The notes below the pieces were generated by a model. That model ran no database searches. It was not told the DNA's origin and was given only the letters and a program-made list of their open reading frames with translations. Positions 25,880 through 39,907 of a stretch of DNA of 64,000 nucleotides are shown piece after piece. The position numbers and the translations under genes were made by a program. Source of the stretch: Vicugna vicugna (Eukaryota); the NCBI GenBank assembly GCA_013265495.1, contig MU058213.1, forward strand, positions 4,526,001-4,590,000. Reading direction: 5' to 3'. Position 1 is the first letter of the stretch, and each line of letters opens with the position of its first letter.

Positions 25880-26055
25880 ATCTGTGCTATTATCTGTATC
25901 ATCATAATCTTTCATCTTTGCCACATAAACATGTAAGATAACTAATACACTCTTACAAATGAGAAAATTGAGACTCAGAGATATTAAGTAACTTGCCCAA
26001 GATTGTACATACAGCCAAGATTACAACCTAATTTGATATCAAAGACCATTTTCTT
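25880..26055 (-). mobile_element. MIR
   Basis: ttacaaatgagaaaattgagactcagagatattaagtaacttgcccaaga. Confidence 0.7.
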
Positions 26056-26199
26056 TTTATTTTGAATGTTAAAACATACTATGTATCTTGGTTTACTCAT
26101 AAAATATCTCATTTAGTATGTTAAGTTTAAAATAGTTTATTCTGTCTGTTATATTTTTCTTGATCAAATTTATTAGTCAATCTACCACCATCTGAAAGG

Positions 26200-26425
26200 A
26201 TGATGTAGAAAAGCGTAGACTTCCTAGTCAAGCAGATGGGTTTTATCTGGCCTCAGCTGCTTTCTGCTTTGTAACCTTAGAGAAATTGCTTTTAAGTTCT
26301 CTAAATACCAAGTTTTTATTTATAAAAGGAGATAAATAGTAATGCTTATCTCAGATGTTAGTACAAGGGTATTATGTGCCTAACATGTGCCTGGTGTATA
26401 ATGGACACTCAGTAAACATTCCTTT
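26200..26425 (+). mobile_element. MIR
   Basis: gtaaccttagagaaattgctt...tataaaaggagata...gtgcctggtgtataatggacactcagtaaa. Confidence 0.6.
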
Positions 26426-29032
26426 ATTTTTTCTAGTTCCTACCACTACAGCCTGAAATTTAAAGGAATTTTAGCATTTCATTTCTACCAGATTTTGTTG
26501 ATAATCAAGAAAGAGTTTGAAAACTTAAGGAGGGATAAATACTACGGTGAAAGAAAAAAGTATTTACTTGTATTTGTAATGTATGTGCCTGATACATAGT
26601 GAGTAAGTAGTAAATTATAGCTGCTATTATTGTTTAGAAAGCATTCATTTTCAGAAAAAGAACCTGAAAGGAGGGGAAATTTGTTGCCTACCACTCATAC
26701 TAATTTATTTTTGTTTCCTAAACTATCATGAGTCTCTTTTTTCCCTTTATTTTATCATTGGTTAAACATCTTTATGGCCCTCTGAAGCATTTCTCAGATG
26801 GAGAGAAGTTTCGTTGTTCTCTATTTATTTCTTAACTTGATGTTAGTATTTCCAAGCATAGATCCCTTTTTTTTTTTTAATATGATGCAGGATCCTTAAG
26901 TAAAAAGTGAGACACTCTGAAGATTTTTATCACCAGAAAGTAAATATCTAGGCAAATTTCAGAATGCCTTTAGACCCAAATTCCTAAAGTTGTGATCTTG
27001 TTCAATAATAGCATTTGAAAATATCTTTTGAACATCATCATCCTCTGCATCACAATGGCATGTCTTACCCATTGTGAACACAACTAGTTTGCAGTCCCAT
27101 ACATGAGCTGATGACACAATCTATTTGTTTCTTAATCAAATGTCATGCCATCCTTTGTCCTCTGTCTGTGTATGTATTTTCTCTCAAAAGCTGTAATAAA
27201 TTATCGGATAATTTCTTTGCTCTAATTTTTGGAGAGTTTTTGCGTTAGACTCTCAAAGTGTATTTTACCTCCCCAGCCATCAAAAAAATTTTTTTCTAAC
27301 TCTTCCCTCATAAGGAACTTTGTTATAGTTTCTGAGACGAATCAAAGCAGCTTAGACACCACTTTTTCCTGCTTTGCTGCAGACAGGTACAGAATTCTCT
27401 GTAACCTTTGGATTGGTAATTGACTCTAGTTTAGAAAGTAAGCCTTCCTTTCTCCCAAACTTTTATGGAATTTTATTTGTTAGGAATGGATTTTTTTTTA
27501 ATTAATATGAATTTTTGGGTCATTTTTAGTATTAAATTTGATATTTTAGGGGCACCCCTTGAGATGATTGGAGATATTCAGTGGTGTTCCTAAACCACAA
27601 AGACAGCTACACATGTCCAGTGATCTAGCATTTTCAGGTACATATGAAACAGAATTAGTAAGAATATTAAATAGAAAAGTCAGAATATTAAATCCCAGGA
27701 GTGGCTAAAATGAGGAGTTATTTTTTTAATAGGAAAGAGAAGAGAAATACAACTTTCTGGGGCTGGTAGAAATGACTAGCTTGGAAAATTACCACTTAAA
27801 AGATTAGTGGTTATCTGAACTAACAAGAAAAAGGTCAAGGGTTAGAACTATAGAGGAATTGTTACCTCCAGTTTATCCACAAAAATAGCACAATGACCGG
27901 AAAGTAGAATACTCTCAAAGGGAGTATCCAGTGGAAGTCACTACGAAGCTAGGGTAACAGTGTGTTTATAGACAATTATCTGAGGCCCTTAACCAGCAAG
28001 AATCCTAGTGATTCTGGAATAAGCAGTATTCACACGCAGCACCAGCTTCAGCAGAACTTCGTCAGGTGAAGATTCTAGTTCCTGAACATGAGTTGGAATA
28101 GGTATTTGTTTAGCTCCACTAGCAGACAAGCCTAGAGGCTACATAACAACTAGGTACTTAGTGTTTCTCGTTTATGACTGTTGGATAAGCTTCTCTGTTT
28201 GAAGGCTACTGCAGTATAAAATTTCCAAAGTGGACGAATCTTTCTGTGACCTTATAGGTCAGTGTAGCGGAGAAATCTTAGTATATAAAGGGAATGGTTC
28301 TATTCCAAACTTATATTCAGTTTGGTCATTGAATGAAAGATTTTCTTCATACATTAATAGGAAGAAATAGCCACTGTTTATGCTGACAGTAACTACTGTT
28401 CAGAACAGTATCAGAATTGTATCAGTGTAGATAATGGGCTTTTAATCCATAGTTCTAAGATGTTCATTTTTGTGACAAGCCAGTCTGTCTTTGATCTAAT
28501 TTCAACTTTAAGAAAAAAAATAAAAGAAGGAAAAATAGCCAGTGAGTGAGTACTGTGTATTCAGTTGTTTGTATTGATGTGATGGTACAACCACAGTGAT
28601 ACTTGTCATTTTCCAACCTCTCTATTTCTCTTAAAGCAGAAAAAAAATGGCTGAATTTCACAACCAGCTTTTATGATTTATTGAACTCAGCTGCTAACAT
28701 TTTAGATCTTTGTGACTTCACAAACCACATGTAGGATAAGACCCGTGTGTGTGTGTGTATGTATGTGTTATCTGTATGATTTTTAAAGGATATGAGGTTG
28801 ACTTGACTTTATAAATGCCTTCAAACTTTAAGCCCACTGTTGGGCTGTTCCACATAAGTAAAACCATGAAGTTTTTTTGTTTTGTTTTTTATCTAATACC
28901 ATAAGGATTAGTCCTTCAAGTACAGGAAAGAAGGAATAAATTAAGACACTCCAAATTGAAACTATGTTTTGGAAAATTTGTTAGAACCTGCTGCTATAAC
29001 CTGTATCTCTACTCTTTCTCAATGTACTAGTC

Positions 29033-29224
29033 CAGGGGTCAGCAAACGTTTTGTGTAAAGGATTATGTACTAAATATGTTCAACTTTGTGGGTCAGACAA
29101 TCTCTGTCACAACTGTTGAGCTCCGCTATTGGAGCATTAAAGCAGCCACAGATGATATATTAATAAATGGGCATGACTGTGTTCCAATAAAACTTGGCCC
29201 ACAGCTATAATTCGCCAACCCCTA
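29033..29224. mobile_element. MER58A-like DNA transposon
   Basis: TIRs caggggtcagcaaac and ttcgccaacccct. Internal gggcatgactgtgttccaataaaactt. Confidence 0.85.
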
Positions 29225-30924
29225 CATTAGACTTAACATAAGTATATGCCTAAAGTAGAGACATTCTTACCTTCTTCATAAATGTACTTCCTATGGAAAG
29301 CAGACCCAAATAGAAACAAAATAAATATAATTAAATATTTTTTAGGCCTGTACCTATTTTTTATTTGTTTTTTTAGTTCCTTCACCTAATATTCATAAGT
29401 CCCATCATCATTTCCTTAAGGCCCTGGGCACATCAACAGAAACTTTACAGCCATTATTTGCCTCAAGTTTTACCTGACTAGGATAGTGGAAGAGCCTCAG
29501 TATATAAAGTGATGTCATAATTTTTTTAGGATTTAAATGTTACATTAGATAAATATGCAGGATAGTTTATGAAATCAGAAGTAAACCTATGTAAAGATAC
29601 ATTAGTAAATGTTTATTCGAAACAATTGAGTTTAAAATATTTGAATAACTTGACTTGATATAAACAGCTTTACTATAATTTTATATATACATGTGCCCAA
29701 TCACCATCTTTTATCCTGGTCCAGCTTTATCATAGAAACCAAAGCTAAAAAGGTAGTTCCTAGCCAGCTTGAGAATCAGTTCCAACCCATGTATGATTGT
29801 GAAACAGATTCTGTTGAAACATGATGTGTTTGTCTAAACATTAAAGCTTCAGACAAAACTTAAAAAATCTTCAGTCCCATGACTAGAAAATTCACTTTTT
29901 TGATGTTAGTCTCTATAAATTTAAGTAAATATTTATGGTTTTTAGGGGTTTTGTTTTTTAGTTTTATGATGGTAGTAAATAATAAATAAGTAATGAAACT
30001 TCTGAAATTTTCCATCTTGTGCTTGACAGTTTTTAAAACTATAAAACTTGACATTACTTGAAATCAAGTTATCAGTGTCTTTCTCATTATCACCAAAGAC
30101 ATTTATAAACTTCAAAAATAGTAATTTGAATGAGAATTAGAAATTCTTTGCTACTAGAGTGGGCTCCATTCAGTAAACCTCCACTGAAAGAAATATGCAT
30201 CCATTCTGTTAAAGTTAGTGGATATAAAGTGCCTTTGTAAATTAAGTATCCTTTTAGGCTTTAGGGATCCAAGTGTGAATAAAGCATGGACCTTGTACCC
30301 TGTCTTCAAGATGCTTATAGTCAAAAGATAACTTTGACTTTTGGAAAGAAGTTAACTTTTAAATATTTTTCTGTTGCATGATTATAACCCTCTGGACACA
30401 TGATGGTGTATCCAGGAAATGCTTTTTAAATTAAATTAAGAGGATAAAAATAAATACTGTGAAGCTGTTATTTTATGTTATCTATAATAGGGACTGTCAT
30501 CTGTTAATGACTTCCTGCTCCAAGTTGTACTTTTCAACTTCCTCCTACTCTGGCTGGTCAAATCATCAAAAATATGTTAACTTGCTTTTTTTGTATCAGA
30601 CACTGAACTGTTTGTCCTATTTTTCCCCTCAGTTATGCAGTTAACTCCTAGTTATACACAATGATAGGAATAAATTTGCCCCCCAAATGGTAAATTACCA
30701 GTAATTCAGCTATACTCTACAGTGCATTTGGATTGACACAGTTAACAATATAGGGTCATGATCCTCATATGACAGATGAGTATGGGAAACCGTAATACAG
30801 GAAAACTTTCTCTAAAGGAAAAAAAGTTATGGTTTCATTGATATAAAACTAAAACCATGGTTATTTTTCCATACTAAATTGCTCATGCTGAAATTATTGT
30901 CAAGAATTTGATCATTTCTTGTTA

Positions 30925-31055
30925 GCTGTCTTGGTTGTGGTGGTGGTTTCATTTGTGTATATACATCTATCAAAATTCATCAGACTGTGTATCTGAAATA
31001 TGTGTAGTTTAGTGTACAGGAATCATACCACAATAAAGGTATTTTAAAAAAGAAA
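30925..31055 (+). mobile_element. Old L1 3' terminal fragment
   Basis: tcttggttgtggtggtggtttc...tcaaaattcatcagactgt...caataaa followed by an A-rich tail. Confidence 0.7.
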
Positions 31056-31089
31056 CTTTAAAAGTCAAAAAGAAAAAAACAATTTTATC

Positions 31090-31773
31090 ATTTCTTACCA
31101 CCTGTTACTATCTTCATTGTCCAAGCCACTTTTATCTCTTCCTAAATTAAGGTAGCATCTTCCCAACTCTGGTGTCAGTTTGCCTTAACTCATTTTTTTT
31201 TTTAACACAGAATGATCCTTTTAAATTTTAAGTCAGATGATATGATTCTTCTGCTCAGAATCCTGCAATAGCATCTCTATAAAACCAAAGTCCTTAAAAT
31301 GGCCTTCAAGACCATTCTTAACTGTCCGCTGCTACCTCCTAGACTTCATCTTCCACTGATTTATCCCTCTGGCCATGCTGCCCACTTTACTACTCCTTAA
31401 AGATACCAGGCACGCTCCTGCCTCAGGGCCTTTGTATTTACTCTTCTCTGCCAGAACACACCTCCTTTAGTTCCCTTATAGCAAGTTTCTTCACATACTT
31501 TTCTCTTTGATCACATATTGTGTTACACCTAGGGATCTTTTTGACCATCCTATATAACATGGCAACATGCCCTACCTTCCCTTCTCTCCTTCCCTGCTGT
31601 ATTTTTCTCTGTAACACTTATTATCATATTATATACTATAATTTGTTTATTCTTACTGTTTCACCCAGGAGAATCTAGATAAAGTAAGGATTTTATTTAT
31701 GTTGTTTATTGCTTTATCTGCAGCACCTTAGTGCATGGTAAATGCTCAGTGAATATTTGTTGAATAAATGAAC
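31090..31773 (+). mobile_element. L2 (L2a-like) 3' portion
   Basis: aagtcagatgatatgattcttctgctcagaatcctgcaat; ccaggcacgctcctgcctcagggcctttg; terminus gctcagtgaatatttgttgaataaatgaa. Confidence 0.85.
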
Positions 31774-33399
31774 AAACTCAAATGATCAGCAGTACAACCA
31801 TAATTCTTCCTGGATCATGCTCATTTGACTCAGAGAAGGTATAAACAACATACTAGGTGATCTGAAATTAACGTATCCTTCAAGGAGAACTGCACATATA
31901 TTTTAACTATTTATATTGTAAAATGTTTAACATGCTTCAACTTTATTAAGGCTTTTCAGGGAGGAAAAAAAAGGCTCCAGTTTTTCATGAGAAAAGTAGA
32001 AGTCTTTTCTGTGGCAAAGATCACTGGAATTCTTCCTATTTACATAGACACAGTCTTTCTCTCAGATACCTCACAGCTAGGAAGACTTGTATTTGGTTTT
32101 CCATGTGGCTTCTTAGCATTTGATAATTGTGATTCTATATTCATATGATCTTTATTCCAATTTAACAGTAGTAAAAGTTTGAATCTTTTTTATTTATCAA
32201 TCATTTTAGTCTGAAATAACCAATGTTAGAGCAAATCAGTGTCCCTCAAGATCACACACCTGTAAAGGTACTGTGGTATTGCTATCTTCTTTTCACCCTC
32301 TATTCTCCTTTTGTACCCTGTAAACTATCCAATCTGTGTATTCATTACAGCCTCCTTTGTTCATAATCCACATAATAGTCTCCTTTATGATCTACTAAAC
32401 TCTCCACCCAAAAGGCACAAAGAAGCAAATCACAGACCTGACTTCTTTATTACAGAAAAGTGCAGAAGCCACAGCCTACCTAGTTAAAAATGGGCTCTTT
32501 TAAGGATTGACTCCTTAATTCTTTGTTGCTTGCTAAAATTATAACAAAGCCATCTCTGTAGAGGCTTACCTGTTTATTTGAAGGATATGGCCAAAAATCT
32601 TGTTTTTTTTTCCTGGTGATGCTGTATTAAACATAGAATGTCTGACCATAAACCAAACAGCACATTATTAAGAAACCAAAATTGTTACCAAGCTAATTAA
32701 ATGACATCTGACCTACTGGTAAAATGTCAACCCTTTTCACTTTTTTTTAAATTATTTCTTTTCTAGACACTTCATAGCTTTTTAAAAAGATGTTAGTTTT
32801 AAATGAAAATACTACTAGGCAATAAAAATATATAACTAAACCTCTTGTGAAGATACTTCACTTACTAGTATATAAATGCTAATTAGAGTACAGAGCATTT
32901 GGACTCTTAGCTTAGAACTGAGAAGTTATAATTATGTTTTTGGATTTCTTTTCCAATCACCCTTGCATTTCGTGTAAAGCTGTAGGCTTTTAATTGTGCC
33001 ATTTGCAGATATGATAAAAATAAAACTTAAGGTTGGTGTAGGCACTAGGTATTATCTATCCCAGTGAGTCATAGCCTGAGTCTTCAAAAATAGTAAAACA
33101 AGATGTAAAATATTTCAGGAAGTCTAACAAATTGTGTAATTTACTGACATAAATTATCCATGCTATCTCAAACATCAGATTTCTTTCACTAGAATTGTTT
33201 TGCTCATCATGGCAAGGCTTCAGTTCCCTTTTAATCAGAAGTTCTGAATGTAAGTGACACAGCTTTTTTTTTGGACAGGGAAGAATATTCATTATAACTC
33301 AATTTTTTAAAGTTTGGGAGACAAATCTTTCAGAATAGGAATTTAGTGTTTTGGGGTGGAGTAGATAATAAAAGGTTTTATTGGTAGTGAAATGATTAG

Positions 33400-33555
33400 G
33401 AAATCTTTGACCTAGTTTAATGCCTGCATTTTCTAGAAATGGAAACTTAGACTCAGGGAAATTCAGTGACCTCGCCTAAGCTCTTATGCCTCCTAAGAGG
33501 CAGAGCAAAAACCTGAATCCCTGACTCCTGCTCCTAGTCTAGTGTTCTTTTTCGT
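33400..33555 (-). mobile_element. MIR
   Basis: ggaaacttagactcagggaaattcagtgacctcgcctaag...ggcagagc...ctgactcc...tctagtgttcttt. Confidence 0.6.
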
Positions 33556-36500
33556 CATATGGTATGAGTCCACAGTGTCTGGAACCTGAGCAGCCTACCT
33601 CACATTGCAGAGTATTAACAAGCGGTAGAGAGAATTATTCTGCTGTAATGTAAGTGCTTTTGATAGAGATACATGGAACAAGTAGCTTCACACATTTCTT
33701 CTTTCAGAGTTTTGTGTCTGTGTTTCCCAAACTGTCTAGTAAGAGACACTTATTGGGGTGATGTATTGCCTTTACTAGTGAAGCATACTAAACGTTAGTC
33801 ATACTTTTGTTTTGCTTTATTCTATGTTGAACTGACACATCTCCCATCTCCTCCCTTGTTTTATTATACCCTCAGATATGTTTTCAAAATGAAGTATTAT
33901 TTGGCTTTTGTTGACAGTGGTCACTGGAATTCAGTACTAAGAAATCATTCTTTTTAAGATAGGTCTTTTCATAAATTCAGGGTCTGCATCGTTTCTTCCA
34001 GTGAATATAGCTAAAATGAACTCTGCTTTGTTGCTTGCTCATTACAAATATGAGGCAGGATGATTTGAAAGATTCTCGGTACTTAATTAATTAGAGATAG
34101 GAAGCATTAAAAATTACTACCACTAGCAAGAATTTTTACTGAAACAAAACAGATTGGGGGCCAGAAATAACGTATCAGTTATTTAGAGTTTCCAGTTGCA
34201 GATCCTTGAAATGCTCAGGCTCAGATGCAGATGTTACTTCTGGTCTCTTGAAAAATAAACTTAAAATAGAATAGAATATCTTAGTGCTGTTCCATCTCTC
34301 ATAAATTGACAGGATCTGGTGCTTTTCAGCTCAGAAGAAAAAAAATTACACAGGTCAGAATGAGAAATTTAAAAACGGGTGGCACTTTCCATAAGGGAGA
34401 GCTAACTGGACCCAAGACCATTGTTTACCTTTAACAGATGATTTAAAATAATAGCTTTGTTTGCTTCCAGTTTTGTTTTGTTGCCTAGTAAGACAGTAGT
34501 GCAGTACCTTGCCCCAGTCTTGAAAGCTCTTCAGAAGTGCTGGTTTATTAAAGAATTTAAAAACCTGGGTATTCTCCTCGTTTTGGTTTTTGGGTTTTTT
34601 TGGTTTTTTTAACCCATGCACACACACCATTAGGCAGTGCTGTGATTATAGAGCCATCTGCAGGAAAATTATCAAGTTGCAACATAGTTAATGATTCTCT
34701 TACCATGTTATTTCAAGTGGTAAATGAGAAGTGACAAACTGCAATTCATGTGGGGAAAGAAACGGACAGCCAAGAGATGCAGGAATTACTAGGAAAGGGC
34801 CCCCCCCCCTTTCATTTTTCAAAGAAAACTGCTTTGTCATAGTGAGTTCATGATCAAAAGAAACATGCAATTTGCTTCAGATTTTACATATTCTCAGTAA
34901 TTGTTGTTCTATCTCATTTGAAGGGGTGTCTAATGATTGCCTTTTAGAAGCTTTGAATGATCTGTCAGTTCCCTTCATGTTGATGTCAGAGGAATACTAT
35001 TTATTTACCTCAGAATGAGATTTATTTGCTTTTCTCCTGTAGGAGGTATGGCTGTTTTTATGCATTCTCATTATAGTCATATGGTTGTCAAAAGGGGAAT
35101 TTCAAGTGTTCTTTTGCCCTCTCAATACAGTTTATATAGCTGATTGCTTCCATTGGCTAATACAGATAGGTATTTTCTGTTTTGTTAATCATTAGGCATT
35201 TCTATAACTCAAATAGAGATCTTTGTAAAGAGACAATAAGAAATCTGATGTTCTGTGTCTGAGACAGTTGATGTGATTTGTGAACTTTAGCATGAATTTT
35301 ACTCTGCTCTAACAAGTGTATATTTGTGTCTGTTGATGCTCTTCATTTTCCAACCTCTTGTGAGGCTACTAGAAAAAGAACAGTAGACCAACTTCTTGAA
35401 CTCGTAGGAATGACTACAAAGCAGCATACACTAGAAAAATCTGTAATATAATGTTCAGATATATAACCTGGAATTTTTTGGTGTCTGATTTAGTTAGCCA
35501 GGCTAAGATACTACACACTTAGGAGACAGCATTCACTCACCAGCCATCTTTTTCAAGCTAAATAAGGAAGAGGAGGCACTGAGGGAAGGGCCTTTTGCTT
35601 TTATATCTACCCACTTGTAGCTTATCTTATTTATTATCCTCTTAAATGTATCCTCACCCCACCTCCCTTGCAATCAAAAATATATTAGTTATTTACAGAG
35701 TTTCATATTTTAGGAATATATAGAGTTCATTTGTGGAATTATTCACATGTGAACTTTGTTTGGCTTTGTTTTTCACTCTGAAAGTCTTGTTTTCCAGGAA
35801 TTGATTCACTTGTTGAAATGTTGAAACTTTTCATGAGGAATCCTATGAGTGGGTTTTCGATTTTCTTTTCCAGCCAGATCTTCTGGCGTCTTGGGACACT
35901 GGAGTGTTGCCTGCTTGTTTTAGAAAAATGTACAGTAAGATTAACCACTCACTAGCCTTAATTAATTAATTTGCAGTGTATAATTCAGTTAAATTGAATT
36001 TTTCTTTTGAAAACTTTTTAGAATTTTTAGTCATTTTTGAAACATTCTTGCTTAAAGATAGTTTAAAAAACAGATTTGAGAGTTACTGTGATCCAAATAT
36101 CAGGGATAAAGACAAGCTAATAAAATAGATTAAAATACTGCATGGGTAATCCCAGGAAATTTTGCATAGCTCTCCAAGGAAGATCTATTTCCCAATCAAC
36201 AGAAAAATAAGAAGGAAATGAGAGCCTGGAATCTAAACTGATGTTGCCAGAAAGTCCCTACCTAGTAGATCTTTTGGAAACATTTTTTCCTAAATCTTTA
36301 GTAAAGAAGTAAATTGCTTAGGCAAAACACATTACAGCTTTTTCTTATCTAGCTTAGGTCTGTGCTTGATGATGTTGGAATGGCAATAAACATCACATGC
36401 TGAGCCAATGAAGGCAGGGAAGCATATTTGAAAATCAGTGAAATGCAATAATCCTCAAACCAGGAATCATCAGTTGCCTAATAAAAGATGTATGGCTCCA

Positions 36501-39500
36501 AGTCCTATTTTTTCTGGGTTCTCTGACATTTTCATTAATCATGTTGCCATTGCGACAGTAGTGCTCATTTTGCTGTAAAAGTTGTTGATTTTTTAGATTG
36601 TTGAACTACATAGTGTGAATATAGAGTCAGATCACATAATCTTAGAATAACTCGTAAGTGATTACATAGAATTGTGGGTGGAAACAATTCAGGATAAAAA
36701 GTGCATGACAGTTCAGAGCTCCTGAGCAGACTGCACGTCTTGTCTGAAATCAAGTTTAAAAAGTGGCCCTGTCTCCAGCTGACTCGTTTTGTCAGACTGA
36801 GTCACAGGATTAACCCTTGACATGTTCCTTCAAAAAAAAGAGGCAAAGATTAAACAACTGCATTGACTAGAGCAGCACTTGATCCATCTATATGCATTTT
36901 TTCCTGTAATATGATTCTGCTTAAGAAAAAAATCGTGCTGCAGCTGTTACATAGATTAAGTTAGGTTTTTTTCAAAAAATATTTTTGAGAAAGAGAAAAA
37001 AAGACTTTCTCATAGAAGATAATTTGTAACTGTGATAAAGAAAATTACCGTCTACGTCAACCAGTTTTAGTTTCTTTCGGGTAGAGCAGACTTCAAAAAG
37101 ATGATATTTTGGAATATACTTTAAAGACATTACCATAGCATACAAGTAGAATATGGGAACATTTTATTTAGATTATGACCAGTTTTCTTAATGACTTGCT
37201 GTTTTGGAGGAATGTGTTTAATGCCACATGTATGTAGATACCCTGTCCCCCTCCCCTTCTCTCTCAGGTTTCTACAACCATTCTCAATTCAAGCAGTCAT
37301 GTATACCAGGTGACTGCGTTGGGTATTGGGAGGCAGGGATCTTAAATACACATCGATGGATTTTGTATCTGTGTTTTTGAGAGGGGGAATGAAAAGTAGA
37401 AAATAAAAGCTTTTAATTAATTACTCAGCTCTTTAAAACTATCATTTTTCACGTTCAGGGTTCAGGTTTAATGCAAATCTCACACAGTTCCTTAATAAAA
37501 TGCTTTGGAACAGTGAAAGATTATACTGTCTGGCTTTCCTCTGAACTTTTTTAACTTGAATATTTGTTAATTACTTTCAGAATATTGTATAGTTGCCTCT
37601 AAAATAAATAACTGATGATGAAATACTCAAATTTTCATTGTGTTTAAATAGCCACAATGCATTGTTGGATTTATGTTATGTTGTTTGTTTTAATAAACAT
37701 CCTAGTACTCTTATTTTCTTGCAAGCCCCAGAGAAATGAGCCTAACTACTATAGGTGGATTTTTTTTTTAACAATATATAAAAGTTTTCTCAGGTTGGAG
37801 CACTGATTGTAGGAAGAAAATGTTGAAGTATTGTCAGTGCTTTGTGGCTCCCACTTTCCCCCACTCCTCTAAATTTGTATTTAAAAATAAGTTTTTAAAA
37901 TCTTTAATCATTAAGAGAAAAAGGAAGTTTTATTTTGGATGGTTGATTTTCCTTTTTTTTTTTTTTTTGAAGTAGCTGTTGTGTCAGAAAGACTGCGTCC
38001 ATGAAAGACTAAAATTTACTTGAATGGTTTTAAAGCATGGCATTGTTAATTGTAAATCAACGCTTTTTACACAGTTCTCTAAGGATTGAAATGGGTCTTT
38101 GTGGTCTCTCAGGAGGGAGGAAGTTACAAACCACTCTGCAGACTGGCATTTTAATAGTCTGCCATACAGTGATGTTCTTTTGCAGCTGCTGCTTAGCCTT
38201 TTCTATATCTGGAGAGTGTGGGAAGGTTTTATTGTTATTCCGATACCATCAGCTTTTAAAACATTGTAAACTTAGCTGGCCTTACTGTCTTATTTGGTTT
38301 TATTACTCTATTTTGATCAATATGTTTCCTAAGATTGGGGAGGGTTTTTTTTGATCCCTTATAGAATATTCTTAGAATATTCCTTTAGAGAAGTTGTGCT
38401 TCATAAAATGTGCCTTAAAAAAAGTGACTTGCCTCTTTTTTTGCAGCTTGTGAGCTCTCGGCTGATTAACACAGTTCTGTGAGAACCTGCAAGGCACAGG
38501 GAGAGGAGATAGTACAAAGAGGGTTTGATGCAGGGTGGGAGGGGAGTGAGAGCAAAGAGAAGTTTCTATTCTTTTTTTCTGGGTTAGAATCCACACCAAA
38601 AAACAAACTGAAAAACATCTCAGTAGCAAAATATGTTTGTGTTTGAGAACCATGTATTTGCCCAAAAATATCTAAAACCTTTTGACTTCTAAGTGTAATG
38701 AATTTTTTAAATCTGTGAGACATTTATTCCCACACTGATTATTTTCCCTTTCTGAGAAATATGAGCAATAACATAAAAATATGAATATATAAAGTACTAA
38801 GAGCAATAATGAACTTAGCAGAAGGACTTCTATGAAATCTTTTTTAGTTTATTAGCTACAGTGCACATTTTGTCTGTTATACATACCAGCATTTCATATT
38901 TTTGTATGAGAAAAAACAAAACCTTGCTTGCTTTTTCTTTTTAATTATTGAATTGCTTAATACATATTCCGGAGACTGCAATCCATTATAAACTTTTAAT
39001 TGGTATTGTGAAAGGAATTTAAGGAGTTTTATAACTGAAAATCTGTATAAATATTTCTTGTTTTACAAACAGATCATTTAATTTCAAGATAATTTTTTGA
39101 ATTGTTGGAATGAGCTTTTTCATGAAATGTGTACCTTTCAAATTTTTTTCCATATGATTTTTATAATTATTAAAAAACTCATGGTTTGTTCTAGCTAGTT
39201 GAGAGGCACTTACATGACTGGTCCGTTTTCTCCAGGAAGTGACTTTGTAGGAGGCTTAACTGTTTAGATCCTTTTTGTTACACATGATTCACTGTTTCCA
39301 ATTCCTGATTGCTTGATCCTGTGTTTATCAAAGTTGAAAGCAACTTTAGACCACGCCAGATGGTAGTGTTGCTAGAGGTGTAGCAAGCTAGATTTCCCTG
39401 CTACAAGTACTCTAATGTAATTAAAACTAAAAATAGATGAGCAGATCTCTGTTTGCCTTTCTTTAAAAGAGATGTATGTGTTATACATATGAGAATATTA

Positions 39501-39594
39501 ATAATTCCTTGGAATATTTATCCTCGGGATGCTGTATCACTTTTCATTATTCAGTATTTGTAAGTGACTTGTATTTTCTAAATTTTCCAAAGTG

Positions 39595-39838
39595 CATCTT
39601 ATTGGTATCCCCCACCAATGCAGTGACTTGATAGAAATTGAAAGAGGTTTCTTACAGCATAAACCCTCCCTCTCTGTGGGGTGAGTTGGTTCAGCCCTAT
39701 TTTGCATAAGTTCCTTTTGAGTGGATCCATGTGTGGATGCATAGTGCTGAAGACTTAACTCTGTTTGGCTGTGTGGATGTATGTCTTGGAGAGAAGCTGT
39801 GTGCATTAGCTGCAAACAGTAACATTTTCAAAATCAAC
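39595..39838 (+). promoter_or_regulatory. TCF12: Probable HEBAlt internal promoter and 5' UTR
   Basis: Lies immediately upstream of the Alt ATG. Inverted CCAAT pair (ATTGG 39601-39605, CCAAT 39615-39619) and TATA-like CATAAA near 39658. The exact TSS cannot be determined from sequence. Confidence 0.6.
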
Positions 39839-39907
39839 ATGTATTGTGCTTATCCTGTCCCTGGAATGGGCAGCAATTCTTTGATGTATTACTACAATGG
39901 GAAAACG
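39839..39907 (+). CDS. TCF12: Coding part of the HEBAlt alternative first exon (23-aa Alt domain)
   Basis: aacATG...AAAACG|gtaagt gives MYCAYPVPGMGSNSLMYYYNGKT, the HEBAlt N-terminus (paralogous to TCF4-A/ITF-2A). The phase-0 donor matches exon 9. Confidence 0.97.

Noticed and set aside
38037..38354. 105-aa ATG ORF near HEBAlt
   Set aside because: No recognisable homology and no convincing in-phase donor. It is better explained as regulatory sequence.
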